Origin: Octopus sinensis
Taxonomy: Eukaryota
Reading direction: 5' to 3'
Assembly: GCF_006345805.1 (NCBI RefSeq)
Contig: NC_043010.1
Coordinates: forward strand, 28,086,001-28,150,000
DNA: 64,000 nt
Under the pieces are notes generated by a model, which was not told where the DNA came from, did no database searches, and saw nothing but the letters and a program-made list of their open reading frames with translations. Positions 62,126 to 64,000 of this stretch are shown one piece after another. The stretch's first letter is position 1. Every line of letters begins with the position of its first letter. The translations under genes were made by a program, and so were the position numbers.

Positions 62126-62484
62126 ATTATTATTATTATCATTATCATTATTATTGTTATTATCATTATTATCATAATTATCATTATTATTATTATTATC
62201 ATTATTATTATTATCATCATCATTATTATCATCATCATCATCATCATCATCATCATTATTATTATTATTATTATTATCATTATTATTATTATTATTATTA
62301 CTATTACTATTATTATCATCATCATTATTATTATTATTATTATTACTATTATTATTATTATTATTATCATCATATTATTATTATTATTATTATTACTATT
62401 TTTATTATTACTATTATTATTATTATTATTATCATCATTATTATTATTATCATTATTATTATTATCATCATTATTATTATTATC

Positions 62485-62519
<35 letters not shown>

Positions 62520-62661
62520 ATTATTATTATTATGATTATTATCATTATTATTATCATCATTATTATTATCATTATTATTATTATCATTATTATCATTATT
62601 ATTATCATTATTATTATTATTATCATTATTATTATCAATATTATTATTATTATTATTAGTA

Positions 62662-62704
<43 letters not shown>

Positions 62705-62710
62705 TACTAC

Positions 62711-62760
<50 letters not shown>

Positions 62761-62770
62761 GTACTACTAC

Positions 62771-62810
<40 letters not shown>
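62126..62810. repeat. (ATT/ATC)n microsatellite
   Basis: Direct reading. Confidence 0.95.
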
Positions 62811-63559
62811 TGATATACCTGCGCTTGTCTATGCTTGTAGGTCACTCAGGCTACAAGAAATGGCAGCTAAATCTCTGAAGACGGGGTGGATTTAAGTGGA
62901 ATGCCTATGAACACAAAAGTTTGCTCAATCAGGATCAACCTGGGGCTGAACAACAATTGGGTTAATGTTTCACTCTGATACATAAAGTATAAGTGGTTAC
63001 TAACTACCGAAGGTGTGTGGCTTAGTGGTTAGGCTGTTGTTGAACTCAGGAATGTGGGATCATGGTTTCAATTCCCAAACTAGGTGGTGTATTGTGTTCT
63101 TGAGCAAAACACATCATTTCAAGTTCTTCCAGTCTTACCGTGTGATGGACCGGGGTTTGTTTAGGGTGGGGTGGGTGTGCTGTAATCTTATATGCCGTGG
63201 AGACTAGGTTAAGTTCAAGCCTTATGAGTCCCAGGGCACAGGACAGAATTAAGTCTAAGTACACTATAAGTCAATGAGCCAAAGAAGGAAGGTCTATGCA
63301 GTCATGGGATATGCTAGAAATAATACCCATATAACTCAGATCTCGTTAAAAAAGAGATACATTGGATAAAGTAGCCCAAAGTATATGTGTCATTCTTTTA
63401 TGTCTCCTTTTCCGTGTTGGCATGGATCAGATGGAACTTTTTGAGGTACCATTTTATGGATTTTCTTCTTGGATGCCAACTCATTTAGTTGCTTGTTTGA
63501 CATGCAGGAACATGGTTCCCCAATTCTAAAAATCAGGAGATACAAGGCACACAATTCGT

Positions 63560-63880
63560 CATTGTCATCAACATTTAATGTCCATTTTCCATGTTGGCAT
63601 GGGTTGGACGATTTGACAGGAGCTGCCCAGCCGGAGAATTGCTCAGGCCCCAATTTTCTGTTTTGGCAGGGTTTCTACAACTGGATGCCTTTCCTAATTC
63701 CAACCACTTTACAGAGTGTGCTGGGTGTTTTTTACGTGGCACAAGCACCAGTGCTTTATATGTGACACCAACATGGGTGCTTTATATGTGGAACTGGCAT
63801 GGGTACCTTTTACATGACACCAGCATGTGTGCCTTTTATGTGGCACCAGCATGGGTGCTTCTTATGTGGGACTGGCACTA
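63560..63880 (-). mobile_element. Degenerate RTE 3' UTR fragment
   Basis: CATTTAATGTCCATTTTCCATGTTGGCATGGGTTGGACG... with GTGGCACC modules. Confidence 0.65.
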
Positions 63881-64000
63881 AAAAACAATAAGCAATAGAT
63901 GCTCAATGTTTGATCATAATCTCTTAAAGCAATTAAAAATAAGAACAAAAACACACAAAAATAAGGGACAAAAAATAAGACATGCAAATGTTTAAGAGCG

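Overview
This is AT-rich eukaryotic DNA, about 64 kb and dominated by repeats. The SINE/RTE/CR1 repertoire and the (TA)n, (CATA)n and (ATT)n tracts suggest an octopus or other cephalopod genome (inference). No complete host gene is visible. There is a probable bidirectional promoter near 1.9 kb with a minus-strand first exon, and a probable minus-strand terminal coding exon at 58.2-58.4 kb. The rest is mostly transposable elements: RTE and CR1-clade LINEs, a Dong/R4-type RLE element in (TAA)n, a nearly intact IR/DR Tc1 element, a maT/mariner remnant, a non-autonomous Helitron, MITEs and many tRNA-derived SINEs. The most notable content is a Penelope-like (Naiad-type) retroelement system. One young copy (16.6-19.3 kb) has RT and GIY-YIG endonuclease in two ORFs joined by an overlapping TAATG stop/start. 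A second diverged 3' copy lies at 28.2-29.0 kb. Both end in type I hammerhead ribozymes of the same architecture with covarying stems, then a shared 3' motif and (TA)n. Three further well-formed hammerheads and several degenerate ones sit in non-coding elements that mostly also end in (TA)n and are often part of inverted duplications. All ribozyme folds were paired by eye and are not experimentally or computationally validated.
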